Assembly: GCA_032654565.1 (NCBI GenBank) | Contig: JAULAX010000015.1 | Coordinates: 704,001-768,000, forward strand | DNA: 64,000 nt | From: Anaeromyxobacteraceae bacterium | Lineage (GTDB): Bacteria; Myxococcota; Myxococcia; Myxococcales; Anaeromyxobacteraceae | Direction: 5' to 3' | Shown: one piece after another, positions 23,663-34,171 of the stretch | How the letters are laid out: every line of letters starts with the position of its first letter | How positions within the stretch are numbered: position 1 is the stretch's first letter | The notes under the pieces: generated by a model | What the model was told of the DNA's origin: nothing | Databases searched by the model: none | What the model saw: the letters and a program-made list of their open reading frames with translations, nothing else | Program-made: the position numbers and the translations under genes

Positions 23663-24018
23663 GCGCCCCCCACGCCGGCGGCCGGCCGGCGCAGCAGCCG
23701 CGCGGCCACCAGGCCGGTGACCGCCAGGGTGGCGGCGGTGCTGACCAGCAGGGCCAGCGCCAGGGCCAGCCACTCGGCGGCCAGCCGCGGCAGGTGCTGC
23801 ACCACGCCCACCCCGGCCGGCACGAAGAGCAGCGAGAGGTGCGAGAGCAGGCCGCCCGAGGCGGCGCGCAGGTCGTCCCAGCGCGCCGGGCGCAGCTCCA
23901 GCGCCACCAGCAGCAGCACCATGCCGACCACCGGGCCGGGCACCGGCAGCGAGAGCAGGTGGCTGGCCAGCTCCCCGGCCAGCTGGAACACCAAGAGCAC
24001 GGCGAGGCCACGGATCAT
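23659..24018 (-). CDS. lrgA: CidA/LrgA family protein
   Basis: LPVPGPVVGMVLL, LSLLFVPAGVGVV; overlaps the lrgB start. Confidence 0.92.
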   Translation of the reverse strand: MIRGLAVLLVFQLAGELASHLLSLPVPGPVVGMVLLLVALELRPARWDDLRAASGGLLSHLSLLFVPAGVGVVQHLPRLAAEWLALALALLVSTAATLAVTGLVAARLLRRPAAGVGGA

Positions 24019-24040
24019 CTCGAAGTCCCTTCCTTGGACC

Positions 24041-24859
24041 CTAGTCCGCCGTGGCGTGGGCCTCGTCGGCCTGGTGGCGCGCCTGCTCCTCCATCACCAG
24101 CGCCGTCACCTCGCGCTTCAAGGCGTTGAACTCCGGGCTGGCCGGATCGCGCGGGCGCGGCAGGTCCACCGGCACGATCCGCTTCACCGTGCCCGGCCGG
24201 TAGGTCATCACCACCACCCGGTCGGCCAGGTAGATCGACTCCTCGATGCCGTGGGTGACGAAGACGATGGTCTTCCCCAGCTCGGCCCAGATGCGCAGCA
24301 GCTCGTCCTGCAGCGAGCGGCGGGTCAGGGCGTCGAGAGCGCCGAAGGGCTCGTCCATGAGCAGCATGGGGGCGTCGATGGCCAGCACCCGGGCGATGGC
24401 CACCCGCTGCCGCATGCCGCCGGAGAGGTCCTTGGGGAAGCGGTCGCGGAAGTCGGCGAGGCCGAGCTTGTCGAGCAGGGCGTCGACCACCTGGCGCCGG
24501 CGCTCCGGCGCCGCCCCGGCGATCTCCAGGCCGAAGGCGACGTTGCGCTCCACGGTCATCCAGGGGAAGAGGGCGTACTCCTGGAAGACCATGGCCCGCT
24601 CCGGGCCGGGGCCGGTGACCGGCCGGCCCAGCGCGGTCAGCTCGCCAGCGGTGGGCAGCGAGAAGCCGGCCACGGCGTTGAGCAGCGTCGACTTCCCGCA
24701 GCCGGACGGCCCCAGCAGGCAGACGAACTCCCCCGGGGCCACGTCGAGGTCGATGCCGTCGAGCGCCACCACCTCGCGGCCGCCGCTGGAGAAGACCTTG
24801 CGGACGCCGCGGGCGCGGATGGCCGGCGTGGCCGGGCCGCCGCCGTCGGGCCGGCTCAC
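24041..24859 (-). CDS. NitT/TauT-family ABC transporter ATP-binding protein
   Basis: Walker A GPSGCGKST, LSGGMRQR, LLMDEPFGALD; GTG start overlaps the permease stop. Confidence 0.93.
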   Translation of the reverse strand: MSRPDGGGPATPAIRARGVRKVFSSGGREVVALDGIDLDVAPGEFVCLLGPSGCGKSTLLNAVAGFSLPTAGELTALGRPVTGPGPERAMVFQEYALFPWMTVERNVAFGLEIAGAAPERRRQVVDALLDKLGLADFRDRFPKDLSGGMRQRVAIARVLAIDAPMLLMDEPFGALDALTRRSLQDELLRIWAELGKTIVFVTHGIEESIYLADRVVVMTYRPGTVKRIVPVDLPRPRDPASPEFNALKREVTALVMEEQARHQADEAHATAD

Positions 24860-25677
24860 CCCTCCACCCCGCGGTGCCAGCGCAGCAGCCGGTTGTTGAG
24901 CCAGCTCATGCCGAGATCGATGCCCAGGCCGCACAGGCCGATGGTGACCATCCCGGCGATCACCTTGTCCGACCAGAAGTACTCGCGGGCCTCGAGGATG
25001 CGGTAGCCGAGGCCGGTGTTCACGGCGATCATCTCGGCGACGATGACCACGATGAAGGCCACCCCGATGCCGACGCGGATGCCGGTGAGGATGTAGGGCA
25101 TGGCGGCCGGGATCATCACCCGCCAGAAGAGCGTCCACTCGCCGGCCCCGAGGTTGCGGGCGGCCCGCAGGTAGATGGCGTCGACGGCCCGCACCCCGGC
25201 GATGGTGTTCATCAGCACCGGGAAGAAGGCCCCCAGCGAGATGAGGAAGAAGGCGGGCGGGTCGCCGAGGCCGAACCAGAGGATGGCCAGCGGGATGTAG
25301 GCGATGGGGGGGATGGGGCGCAGCACCTGCAGCACCGGGTTGAAGAGCTCGTAGACCAGCGGGCGCGCCCCCATGAAGAGGCCGAGGGGCAGCGCCAGGC
25401 CGCCCCCGATGGCGAAGCCCACCACGATGCGCATCACCGAGGTGAAGACGTCGTGGGGCAGCTCGCCGGAGATGGCCCAGCGCCACCAGGGCCCGGCGGC
25501 GGCGTCGAAGGGCTCGAGCGGCGTGAGGTACGCCCACCAGCGGACCGCCACCGCCGTCGGCGAGGGCAGGATGAGCGGCGTCACCCAGCCGGCGCGCGAG
25601 ATCCCCTCCCAGGCCAGCAGCAGCGTCACCGGGACCACCAGCGACCGGGCCAGCCGGGCGGCGCCACCCCCGGCCAT
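24856..25677 (-). CDS. NitT/TauT-family ABC transporter permease
   Basis: LRPIPPIAYIPLAILWFG, AARNLGA, VAEMIA. Confidence 0.93.
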   Translation of the reverse strand: MAGGGAARLARSLVVPVTLLLAWEGISRAGWVTPLILPSPTAVAVRWWAYLTPLEPFDAAAGPWWRWAISGELPHDVFTSVMRIVVGFAIGGGLALPLGLFMGARPLVYELFNPVLQVLRPIPPIAYIPLAILWFGLGDPPAFFLISLGAFFPVLMNTIAGVRAVDAIYLRAARNLGAGEWTLFWRVMIPAAMPYILTGIRVGIGVAFIVVIVAEMIAVNTGLGYRILEAREYFWSDKVIAGMVTIGLCGLGIDLGMSWLNNRLLRWHRGVEG

Positions 25678-26649
25678 CTACTTCACGCCCAGCTTCTGCT
25701 TGGCCCGCTGCAGGAGGTCGAGCTTCACCCAGTCGGCGGCCCGGGGCGGGGCGGTCATCTTGCCGACGCCGTACTTCACCATCAGGTCGGTGGTCACCTG
25801 GATGTGCTCGACGGTGACGTCGTAGGTGTAGGGCGAGTTGGAGATGGCGTCCTTGAAGTCTTCGGCGGTGATCTGCCCCTTGAACATCTGCGTCACCACG
25901 AACTTCTCGGCCGCCGCAGGGTCCTGGATGAAGGCCCGGGTGGAGTCGACGAAGCACTCCAGCACCTTCTGCGCCACCGCCGGCTTCTCCTTGTAGAGCT
26001 TCTCGGTCATCACCAGCACCCGCACCGGCTCGCCCAGCGGCGTGTCGTAGGGCTTGAGCATCTCCACGCCGAACCCCTTGTTGATGGCCTGCGACGACTG
26101 CGGCTCCGACTGGCAGATGGCGTCGAGCTGCTTCTGCAGCAGCGCCTGGTTCAGGTCGGCGAAGGGCAGGTAGACGATCTTCACGTCCTTGCCCTCCTTG
26201 TCCGACCAGGTCAGGCCGGCCTTGGCCAGCTCGGCCAGCAGCAGCAGCTCCTGGGCGCCGCCGCGGGCCACGCCCACCTTCTTGCCCTTCAGCTCGGCCA
26301 CCGTCTTCATGGCCAGGTCGGTGCGGGAGACCAGCCGGGCGCCCCCCTTGGCGAAGCCGGCCACCACGTAGACCTGCCCGCCGGCGGCGCGGTTGGCGAT
26401 GGCGGCGTCGGCGGCCGAGGCGGCCAGGTCCACCTCCCCCTTCACCAGCGCCGGGAAGATGTCGATCCCCTTGGGGAAGACGGTCTCCTGCACGTCGAGG
26501 CCGTACTTCTTGCAGGCCTCCTTCATGTTGGAGATGGCGCCGTAGTGGGCGAATTTGAGGTTGCCGAGCCGGACCACCTCCTGGGCGGGCGCGGCGGCGG
26601 GGAGGGCGGCGAAGGCGGCGAGGGCGAGGGCGGCGATGAGGCGGCGCAT
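25678..26649 (-). CDS. NitT/TauT-family ABC transporter substrate-binding protein
   Basis: Signal peptide MRRLIAALALAAFAA; ELKGKKVGV; first gene of the ABC operon. Confidence 0.9.
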   Translation of the reverse strand: MRRLIAALALAAFAALPAAAPAQEVVRLGNLKFAHYGAISNMKEACKKYGLDVQETVFPKGIDIFPALVKGEVDLAASAADAAIANRAAGGQVYVVAGFAKGGARLVSRTDLAMKTVAELKGKKVGVARGGAQELLLLAELAKAGLTWSDKEGKDVKIVYLPFADLNQALLQKQLDAICQSEPQSSQAINKGFGVEMLKPYDTPLGEPVRVLVMTEKLYKEKPAVAQKVLECFVDSTRAFIQDPAAAEKFVVTQMFKGQITAEDFKDAISNSPYTYDVTVEHIQVTTDLMVKYGVGKMTAPPRAADWVKLDLLQRAKQKLGVK

Positions 26650-26828
26650 GAGGAGCTCCCGGGGTGGAGGGGCGTGCAGCCGGACAGGTGAGGCGGGAAG
26701 GCCGGGAGGCAGCTTAGCCGAGGCGGGCGGGCCTGTCCGCACCCGCCGAGGCGCGCCGCCCCGGTTCGACGAGCACCGGCGGGGAGGCTCGTCTAGAGTT
26801 CGCCGCAGGCCCCTCGAAGGAGTTCGCC

Positions 26829-27302
26829 ATGCCCGGATCGCTCCCCCGCACCGCCGTCCTGGCCGCCCTGCTGGTCGCCGCCTTCGCCCCCGGCCAGTCG
26901 CCGGGCGCGGCGCCGCCCGAGCCGGCCGCACCCGCCGCGGTGCCGCCGGCCAGGTTCGAGTTCGAGACGTTCCAGCTGGTGCTGCTGGTCCGCCCGGCCG
27001 ACCGCAAGGAGATCCCCAGGGCCGAGGCCGAGGCGATCCAGGCGCAGCACCTGGCTCATCTCACCAGGATGGCCGAGAGCGGGAAGATGATGGTGGCCGG
27101 CCCCTTTGGCGACCAGAGCGACCCGAGCCTGCGGGGCGCGTGCCTCTACCGGGTGGCCACGGCGGAGGAGGCCCGCGCGCTGGCCGAGGCCGACCCGGCC
27201 GTGAAGGCGGGCCGGCTCCGGGTCGAGGTGGTCACCTGGTACGTCGGCAAGGGGTACCTGGCCTTCCCGAAGGCGCTGGCCCCAGGCGCGCCCACGCGCT
27301 GA
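26829..27302 (+). CDS. YciI-family protein with signal peptide
   Basis: HLAHL...AGPFGD...AEEARALAEADPAVKAG; AAGGAG RBS. Confidence 0.85.
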   Translation: MPGSLPRTAVLAALLVAAFAPGQSPGAAPPEPAAPAAVPPARFEFETFQLVLLVRPADRKEIPRAEAEAIQAQHLAHLTRMAESGKMMVAGPFGDQSDPSLRGACLYRVATAEEARALAEADPAVKAGRLRVEVVTWYVGKGYLAFPKALAPGAPTR

Positions 27303-27446
27303 GCGGGGCGAGCCCTTCGCCAATCGCGCCGCAGCGCGTCGTCAATTCGCCTGGCCCGGGCCCGAAAGAAATCGGTGACACCCCCTAGCGATCTCGCCCC
27401 GCGAGGCTCTAGCATGCGTCAACCTGTCAACTCGGAGGTCCTGCGC

Positions 27447-30400
27447 ATGGCCGTCACCCGCAGACAGTTCCTCAAGGTCACCGCCGGAGGGCTCGCCGGC
27501 AGCAGCATCGCGGCGCTGGGCTTCTCTCCCACCCGGGCGCTCGCCGAGGTCAGGCAGTTCAAGCTGGCCCGCACCTCGGAGACCCGCAACACCTGCCCCT
27601 ACTGCTCGGTCGGCTGCGGCGTCATCCTCTACGGCCTCGGCGACAAGGCCAAGAACGCCCGCACCGAGATCATCCACGTCGAGGGCGACCCGGACCACCC
27701 GGTCAACCGCGGCACCCTCTGCCCCAAGGGGGCCTCGCTCCTCGACTTCGTCAAGAGCCCGAACCGGCTCAAGTTCCCCGAGCACCGCGGGCCCGGCGAG
27801 ACCGAGTTCAAGCGGGTCAGCTGGGACTTCGCGCTCGGTCGTATCGCCCGGCTGATGAAGGACGATCGCGACAAGAACTTCCTGCAGAAGAGCGGCGACG
27901 TCACCGTCAACCGCTGGACCAGCGTCGCCTTCCTGGCGGCCTCGGCTTCCTCCAACGAGTCGGGCTACATCACCAACAAGGTCATCCGCGCCATGGGGAT
28001 GACGGCCCTGGACAACCAAGCCAGGGTTTGACACGGCCCCACGGTGGCCGGTCTGGCCCCCTCCTTCGGTCGTGGCGCGATGACGAACCACTGGGCGGAC
28101 ATCAAGAACGCCGACGTGGTGCTGGTGATGGGCGGCAACCCCGCCGAGGCCCACCCCTGCGGCTTCAAGTGGGTGATCGAGGCCAAGATCAAGAACAAGG
28201 CCCGGCTCATCGTGGTCGATCCGCGCTTCACGCGGACCGCGGCGGTGGCCGACAAGTTCGCCCAGCTCCGCCCCGGCACCGACATCGCCTTCCTCGGCGG
28301 CGTCATCCGCCACCTGCTGGAGAACGACCTCATCCAGAAGGAGTACGTCCGCAGCTACACCAACGCCGCCTTCCTCATCGACGAAGGGTACGGCTTCGAC
28401 GACGGGCTCTTCACCGGCTACGACGAGGCCAAGCGCAGCTACGACAAGGCCACCTGGAAGTACCAGGTCGACAAGGACGGCCAGGCCAAGGTCGACCGGA
28501 CCCTGCAGGATCCGCGCTGCGTCTACCAGGCCATGAAGCGCCACTACGCCCGCTACACGCCGGAGCTGGTGGAGCGGGTCACCGGGGTGCCGGCCGCCGA
28601 GTTCCTGGAGATCGCCAAGCTCATCGGCTCCACCTCGGCGACCAACAAGGTGATGACCAGCCTCTACGCGCTGGGCTGGACGCAGCACACCGTCGGCTCG
28701 CAGAACATCCGCGCCATCGCCTGCATCCAGCTGCTGCTCGGCAACATGGGGCTGCCCGGCGGCGGCGTCAACGCGCTGCGCGGCCACTCCAACATCCAGG
28801 GGCTCACCGACCTCGGCGTCATGAGCCACCTGCTCCCCGGCTACCTGGGGCTGCCCACCGAGAAGGAGCCGGACCTCAAGACCTTCCTGGAGAAGCGGAC
28901 GCCCAAGGCGGTGCGCCCCGGGCAGATGAACTACCTGCAGAACTTCCCCAAGTTCTTCGTCTCGCTGCTCAAGGCCTGGTATGGGGCCGAGGCGCAGAAG
29001 GAGAACGACTTCCGCTTCGACTGGCTGCCCAAGAACGACAAGACCTACGACATCCTGGCGGCCTTCGAGCTGATGCACCAGGGGAAGATCAACGGCTACT
29101 TCTGCCAGGGCTTCAACCCGCTGGCCTCGGTCCCCGACAAGGCCAAGCTGTCGACGGCCATGGCCAAGCTCAAGTACCTGGTGGTCATCGACCCGCTGGT
29201 CACCGAGACCTCGACCTTCTGGCAGAACAAGGGCGAGTTCAACGACGTCGACAGCAAGTCGATCCAGACCGAGGTCTTCCGGCTCCCCTCCACATGCTTC
29301 GCCGAGGAGGACGGCTCCCTCACCAACAGCAGCCGCCAGCTGCAGTGGCACTGGAAGGCGGCCGAGCCGCCCGGCGAGGCCCGCGCCGACCTCGACGTCA
29401 TCGCCGGGATCTTCCAGGCGGTGCGCGCCCTCTACCAGAAGGAGGGTGGCACCTTCCCCGACCCCATCCTCAAGCTGGCCTGGGCCTACGCCAAGCCGGG
29501 CGCGCCCTCGCCCGACGAGGTGGCCCGCGAGGTCAACGGCAAGGCGCTGGCCGACGTCCCGGACCCCAAGGACAAGCTGAAGACCCTGGCCAAGGAGGGT
29601 GAGCAGCTGGCCACCTTCGCCCACCTGCAGGCCGACGGCACCACCTCGGCCGGTTGCTGGATCTACACCGGCAGCTGGACGCAGAACGGCAACCAGATGG
29701 CCCGGCGCGACGCCGCCGATCCCACCGGCCTCGGCAACGCGCCCGGCTGGGCCTGGTCCTGGCCGGCCAACCGCCGCATCCTCTACAACCGGGCCTCGGC
29801 CGACCCGGCCGGCAAGGCCTGGGATCCGAAGCGCAAGTACATCACCTGGAACGGCAAGAAGTGGGTCGGCCCCGACGTCCCCGACTTCAAGGTCGACTCC
29901 CCGCCCGAGGACGGCATGTCGCCCTTCATCATGACCAACGAGGGCGTGGGCCGGCTCTTCGCGCTCGGCGGCATGGCCGAGGGGCCGTTCCCCGAGCACT
30001 ACGAGCCGTTCGAGACGCCGCTGGCCACCAACCCGTTCTCGCCCAAGGGCGTGGGGAAGACCCTCTCCAACCCGGCGGCGCGGCTCTTCAAGGGTGACAA
30101 GGAGCGGCTCGGCCAGGCCAAGGAGTTCCCCTTCGTGGCCACCACCTACCGGCTCACCGAGCACTTCCACTTCTGGACCAAGCACACCCGCATCGCCGCG
30201 GTGCTGCAGCCGGAGGCCTTCGCCGAGATCGGCGAGGAGCTGGCCAGCCTGCGGGGCATCAAGAACGGCGACCGGGTGGTGGTCAAGTCGAAGCGAGGCG
30301 CCATCAAGGTCAAGGCCCTGGTCACCAAGCGCATCCACGCGCTGACCATCGAGGGGCAGCAGGTCCACACCGTCGGCCTGCCCATCCACTGGGGGTACGA

Positions 30401-30512
30401 AGGGCTCACCAAGCCGGGCTACCTGACCAACACCCTGACGCCGTTCATCGGCGACGCCAACATCCAGACGCCGGAGTTCAAGGCGTTCCTGGTCGACGTC
30501 CAGAAGGCCTGA
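27447..30512 (+). CDS. fdnG: Formate dehydrogenase-N alpha subunit, selenoprotein (UGA 28029-28031 = Sec195)
   Basis: Tat signal [54 protein letters not shown]; both ORF-track halves are in the same frame. Confidence 0.97.
28043..28060 (+). promoter_or_regulatory. fdnG SECIS element
   Basis: GG-U-GGCC-GGUCU-GGCC-CC starting 11 nt after the UGA, resembling the fdhF/fdnG-type SECIS with bulged U and GU-containing loop. Confidence 0.8.
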
Positions 30513-30520
30513 GGCGCGCC

Positions 30521-31396
30521 ATGGCACTCATGTCACTCGACGTCGTCAACCAGTCGGCCAGCACCTCCACGCCCCCGCAGGCGCGCAGCACCCTGGAGGT
30601 CGCCAAGCTCATCGACATCTCGCGCTGCATCGGCTGCAAGGCCTGCCAGTCGGCCTGCATGGAGTGGAACGACCTGCGCGACCAGGTGGGGGTCACCGAG
30701 GGCTTCTACACCAACCCCCCGGACCTCTCCGACCAGTCCTGGACGCTGATGCGCTTCAACGAGCAGGTCATCGACGGCCGGCTGCAGTGGCTGATCCTCA
30801 AGGACGGCTGCTACCACTGCCAGGATCCGGGCTGCCTCAAGAGCTGCCCGGCCCCCGGCGCCATCGTGCAGTACTCCAACGGCATCGTCGACTTCCACCA
30901 GGAGAACTGCATCGGCTGCGGCTACTGCACCGCCGGCTGCCCCTTCAACGTCCCGCGCCTCTCCGGCAAGGACTCCAAGGCCTACAAGTGCACGCTCTGC
31001 TCCGACCGGGTGGCGGTGGGGCTGGAGCCGGCCTGCGTCAAGGCCTGCCCGACCGGGGCCATCGGCTTCGGCTCCAAGGAGGAGATGCTCTTCCAGGCCG
31101 AGCACCGGCTGGCGGATCTGGTCGAGCGCGGCTTCGCCCGGGCGGCGGTCTACGACCCCAAGGGCGTGGGCGGCACCCACGTGGTGCTGGTGCTCCCGCA
31201 CGGTGACCGGCCCGAGGCCTACGGCCTGCCGGCCAACCCCCGGGTCGGCCCGGTGCTGCAGGCCTGGCGCAGCGGCCTGGCCCGCGCCGCCGGCGTCGCC
31301 ACCATGTTCGCGGTGCTGGCGGCCGGGATCCTCCACTACATGCGGCGCGGCCCGCTGGAAGTGCCGCCCGAAGGCGAGCAGGGGGTGAAGCCATGA
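30521..31396 (+). CDS. fdnH: Formate dehydrogenase-N beta (Fe-S) subunit
   Basis: Four Cys clusters: CIGCKACQSAC, CYHCQDPGCLKSCP, CIGCGYCTAGCP, CTLC...ACVKACP. Confidence 0.96.
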   Translation: MALMSLDVVNQSASTSTPPQARSTLEVAKLIDISRCIGCKACQSACMEWNDLRDQVGVTEGFYTNPPDLSDQSWTLMRFNEQVIDGRLQWLILKDGCYHCQDPGCLKSCPAPGAIVQYSNGIVDFHQENCIGCGYCTAGCPFNVPRLSGKDSKAYKCTLCSDRVAVGLEPACVKACPTGAIGFGSKEEMLFQAEHRLADLVERGFARAAVYDPKGVGGTHVVLVLPHGDRPEAYGLPANPRVGPVLQAWRSGLARAAGVATMFAVLAAGILHYMRRGPLEVPPEGEQGVKP

Positions 31397-32031
31397 ACAC
31401 CGTCGGCACGGAGCAGATCGTTCGGCACAGCAACGGCGCCCGCGTCGCCCACTGGGCGGTGGCCATCGTCTTCACCTTCCTCTTCCTCTCCGGGCTGGCC
31501 CTCTTCTCGCCGTTCTTCTACTGGCTCTCCTACGTGCTGGGCGGCGGCGCGCTGATGCGCTTCCTCCACCCCATGGCCGGGGCGGCGCTGGTGGTCCTCT
31601 TCTACCCGTACGCGGCCCTGCTGGTGGGCGACAACCGCTGGCTCCCCAACGACTCGAAGTGGGTCGCGCACATGGGCGCCTACATGCGCAAGGAGCACCC
31701 CGACGTCGGCGAGACCCACAAGTACAACGCCGGCCAGAAGATGATGTACTGGTCGATGGTCCCGCTCATCGCCGTGCTGGCGATCACCGGGGTGCTGCTC
31801 TGGCAGCCCTGGTTCGCCCCGCACTTCTCGGCCGGGGCCCGCCGCGCCGCCGGCCTGATCCACTCGGTCTGCGCCTTCATCATGTTCGTGGGGATCGGCA
31901 TCCACGTCTACGCGGCCATCTGGACCAGGGGCTCCATCGACGCCATGATCCGCGGCACCGTCACCCGGGCCTGGGCCAGGTTCCACCACCCGGCCTGGGA
32001 GCGCGACGTGACCGGCAAGGGCGGCCGGTGA
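31393..32031 (+). CDS. fdnI: Formate dehydrogenase-N gamma (cytochrome b556) subunit
   Basis: 4 TM helices with heme His residues; KYNAGQK; AMIRGTV...WARFHHP. Confidence 0.95.
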   Translation: MNTVGTEQIVRHSNGARVAHWAVAIVFTFLFLSGLALFSPFFYWLSYVLGGGALMRFLHPMAGAALVVLFYPYAALLVGDNRWLPNDSKWVAHMGAYMRKEHPDVGETHKYNAGQKMMYWSMVPLIAVLAITGVLLWQPWFAPHFSAGARRAAGLIHSVCAFIMFVGIGIHVYAAIWTRGSIDAMIRGTVTRAWARFHHPAWERDVTGKGGR

Positions 32032-32939
32032 CCGGAGCCGGGCCCGGCGGCTCGGCGTCGACGTTCCTCACTCCCGGCGGCGAGCTCGGCGAGGTCCCCT
32101 ACCTGCGACCCCACCCGGGGGCGGCGGCGGTCTTCGCCCGGCGCGCCGCGCGCTTCGAGGCGCTGGCGCCGGACCACGCCGCCGGCGACTACCTGGCGCT
32201 GCTGGGCCGGCTGGCGGCGGCGCAGCGGGTGGCGGCCGAGCGGCTCCGCCTCACCATCCCCTCGCCGCCTGGCGACGGCGGCCTGCCCCTCGACGCGGCC
32301 GGGCCACTGCCGCCCGCCTGGCGCGAGGCGCTGCGGCTGCTCCTCGGCCAGCTCGCCACGGTGGACATGCCGGCCCAGGCCCGGGCGGCGCTGGAGCGGC
32401 TGGGGCGGCTCTCCGACCCCGACCTCGACGGGGTGGCGGCGCGGCTGCTGGCCGGCGAGGCGACCCGGCTCGACGTCCCGGTGGCCCCGTTCGTGGGCGC
32501 GGCGCTGCAGGTGGTCTTCACCGGCCTGGCCGCCGGCCTCCCGGCGGCGTCGGTGGCCCGCGTCGAGGAGGGCTGCCCGGTGTGCGGCTCCTCTCCGACC
32601 TGCGGCGTGGTGCTCGGCGACGACAAGCTCCGCTACCTCTGCTGCGGCCTCTGCGCCACCACCTGGCACCACACCCGGGTGGAGTGCGTGCTCTGCCGCT
32701 CCGCCCAGCGGCTCTCCTACCTGGCGGTGGACGGCGACGCCGGGCCGGCGCGGGCCGAGAGCTGCGACGCCTGCCAGGCCTGGCTGAAGCTGCTCTACCT
32801 GGAGCGCGGGCCGGGGCTGGAGCCGCTGGCCGACGACGTGGCCACCCTGGCGCTCGACCTGCTGGTCGGCGAGGGCGGCGCCCGCCGCCTCGGCCGGAAC
32901 CCCTACCTGGTGATCGGGGCCGACGGCGCCGAGGCCTGA
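32028..32939 (+). CDS. fdhE: Formate dehydrogenase accessory protein
   Basis: CPVCGS, CGLCATTW, CVLC, CDAC, ADDVATLALD; GTG start overlaps the fdnI stop. Confidence 0.92.
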   Translation: MTGAGPGGSASTFLTPGGELGEVPYLRPHPGAAAVFARRAARFEALAPDHAAGDYLALLGRLAAAQRVAAERLRLTIPSPPGDGGLPLDAAGPLPPAWREALRLLLGQLATVDMPAQARAALERLGRLSDPDLDGVAARLLAGEATRLDVPVAPFVGAALQVVFTGLAAGLPAASVARVEEGCPVCGSSPTCGVVLGDDKLRYLCCGLCATTWHHTRVECVLCRSAQRLSYLAVDGDAGPARAESCDACQAWLKLLYLERGPGLEPLADDVATLALDLLVGEGGARRLGRNPYLVIGADGAEA

Positions 32940-32962
32940 CCGGGCCGGGCCGCGGCCGGCGC

Positions 32963-34105
32963 TCACCGCAGCTCGAGCACGCCCCCGTCGGCGAGCCGGC
33001 GCACCGCCTTGAGCACGTCCAGCTCGCGCAGCGGCGCCATCTCGGCCAGCTGCTTCACGGTCCGCTCCCCGTCGCAGCGGGAGACCAGGTACTTGTCGGC
33101 GTTGGAGAGCTTGAGGTTGGCGACGGCGCGGGCGTCCACCAGCCGCCGCGCCACCCGCCCCGACTCGAGCAGGTCGGCGCGCAGCTGCTGGGAGAGCAGC
33201 CGCTCGGCGTCGAGCAGCACCTGGTGGGCCGCCTCGGAGCCGGGCGCCACCGCCACGGCGCGGGTGGCCACCAGCTCGGCGTCGTCGGCCCGGCCGTCGG
33301 CCACCAGCCCGCGGGCCTGCTCGATCAGCTCGGCGGCCCCGGCCTCCTCGCCGGCGGCGGCGTCGGCCTCGGCGCGGCCGGACCCGCCGGCGGCGTGGCG
33401 GGCCGGGGCGGCGCGGACGATCCCCTGGCGGGCCAGGGCGTAGAGCCGCTGGTAGAGGTGGAAGTCGGTGGCCCGCAGCGCCAGCCCCAGCTCGTCGATG
33501 GTCCGCCCCTCGCGGGCCAGCTGCAGCAGCCGGCCGTCGACGGTGTCGGGGGTCAGGGTGGACGGCACCCGCCCGTCGTCCACCGCCAGGGTGCCGACGC
33601 CGGTGGGGAACTCGCCGCGGAAGGCGCTCCAGGCGGTGGTGCGGAACTCGGCCTCGCGCAGCACCTCGGAGAGCGGCACCGAGGTGTCGAGCTCGTCGAC
33701 CGCCGCCGGCGGCTGGTCGTCGAAGCGGAACAGCCCCGACTCCCAGAGCAGGATGTCGAGGATGGTCTCGCGGATCTTGATGGCCAGCACCTCGCGGACC
33801 ACCTCGGCGGTGACCAGCCCGGTCATCACCAGCACCCGGCCGATGCGCACCGTGGTCTCCTCCTGCACCTGGATGGCCCGCAGCATGGCGGCCTCGTCGA
33901 GGTGGTTGAAGTTGACCAGCAGCTGGCCGAACTGGTCGCGCGAGTCGTTGGACGAGGCGCCCACGGCGTTGCCGCCGGCCAGCTGGACCGTCTTCTTCAC
34001 GGTGCCGCGCTCGCAGGTGAGCGTCCCGGCCAGCCCACGCCGCGACAGCAGCTCGAGCAGGTCGCCGAGCGGGAGGATGGCAAAGCTGCCCATGAGGCCG
34101 CGCAT
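32963..34105 (-). CDS. DUF4388 (PatA-like N-terminal) domain protein
   Basis: N-terminal GSFAILPLGDLLELL...GTLT and LLWESGLFRF pattern; TPR-like central segment. Confidence 0.75.
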   Translation of the reverse strand: MRGLMGSFAILPLGDLLELLSRRGLAGTLTCERGTVKKTVQLAGGNAVGASSNDSRDQFGQLLVNFNHLDEAAMLRAIQVQEETTVRIGRVLVMTGLVTAEVVREVLAIKIRETILDILLWESGLFRFDDQPPAAVDELDTSVPLSEVLREAEFRTTAWSAFRGEFPTGVGTLAVDDGRVPSTLTPDTVDGRLLQLAREGRTIDELGLALRATDFHLYQRLYALARQGIVRAAPARHAAGGSGRAEADAAAGEEAGAAELIEQARGLVADGRADDAELVATRAVAVAPGSEAAHQVLLDAERLLSQQLRADLLESGRVARRLVDARAVANLKLSNADKYLVSRCDGERTVKQLAEMAPLRELDVLKAVRRLADGGVLELR

Positions 34106-34171
34106 CGGCGAGGAGTCTCGCCCGGCGGGGCGGTGGCGGCAAGCGGCGGGTCCGTGGCATAAGCCCGGATC

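Noticed and set aside
26650..26800. Riboswitch upstream of the NitT/TauT ABC transporter; inverted repeat CGGACAGG (26681-88) / CCTGTCCG (26732-39)
   Set aside because: I could not recognise a guanidine, SAM or TPP consensus, and an 8-bp GC-rich inverted repeat is expected by chance here.
27342..30527. Long antisense ORFs (e.g. 27342..30527, 5073..7559, 13385..16405, 36954..39407)
   Set aside because: These are mirror frames of real genes, caused by high GC3 and few stop codons; they carry no recognisable motifs.
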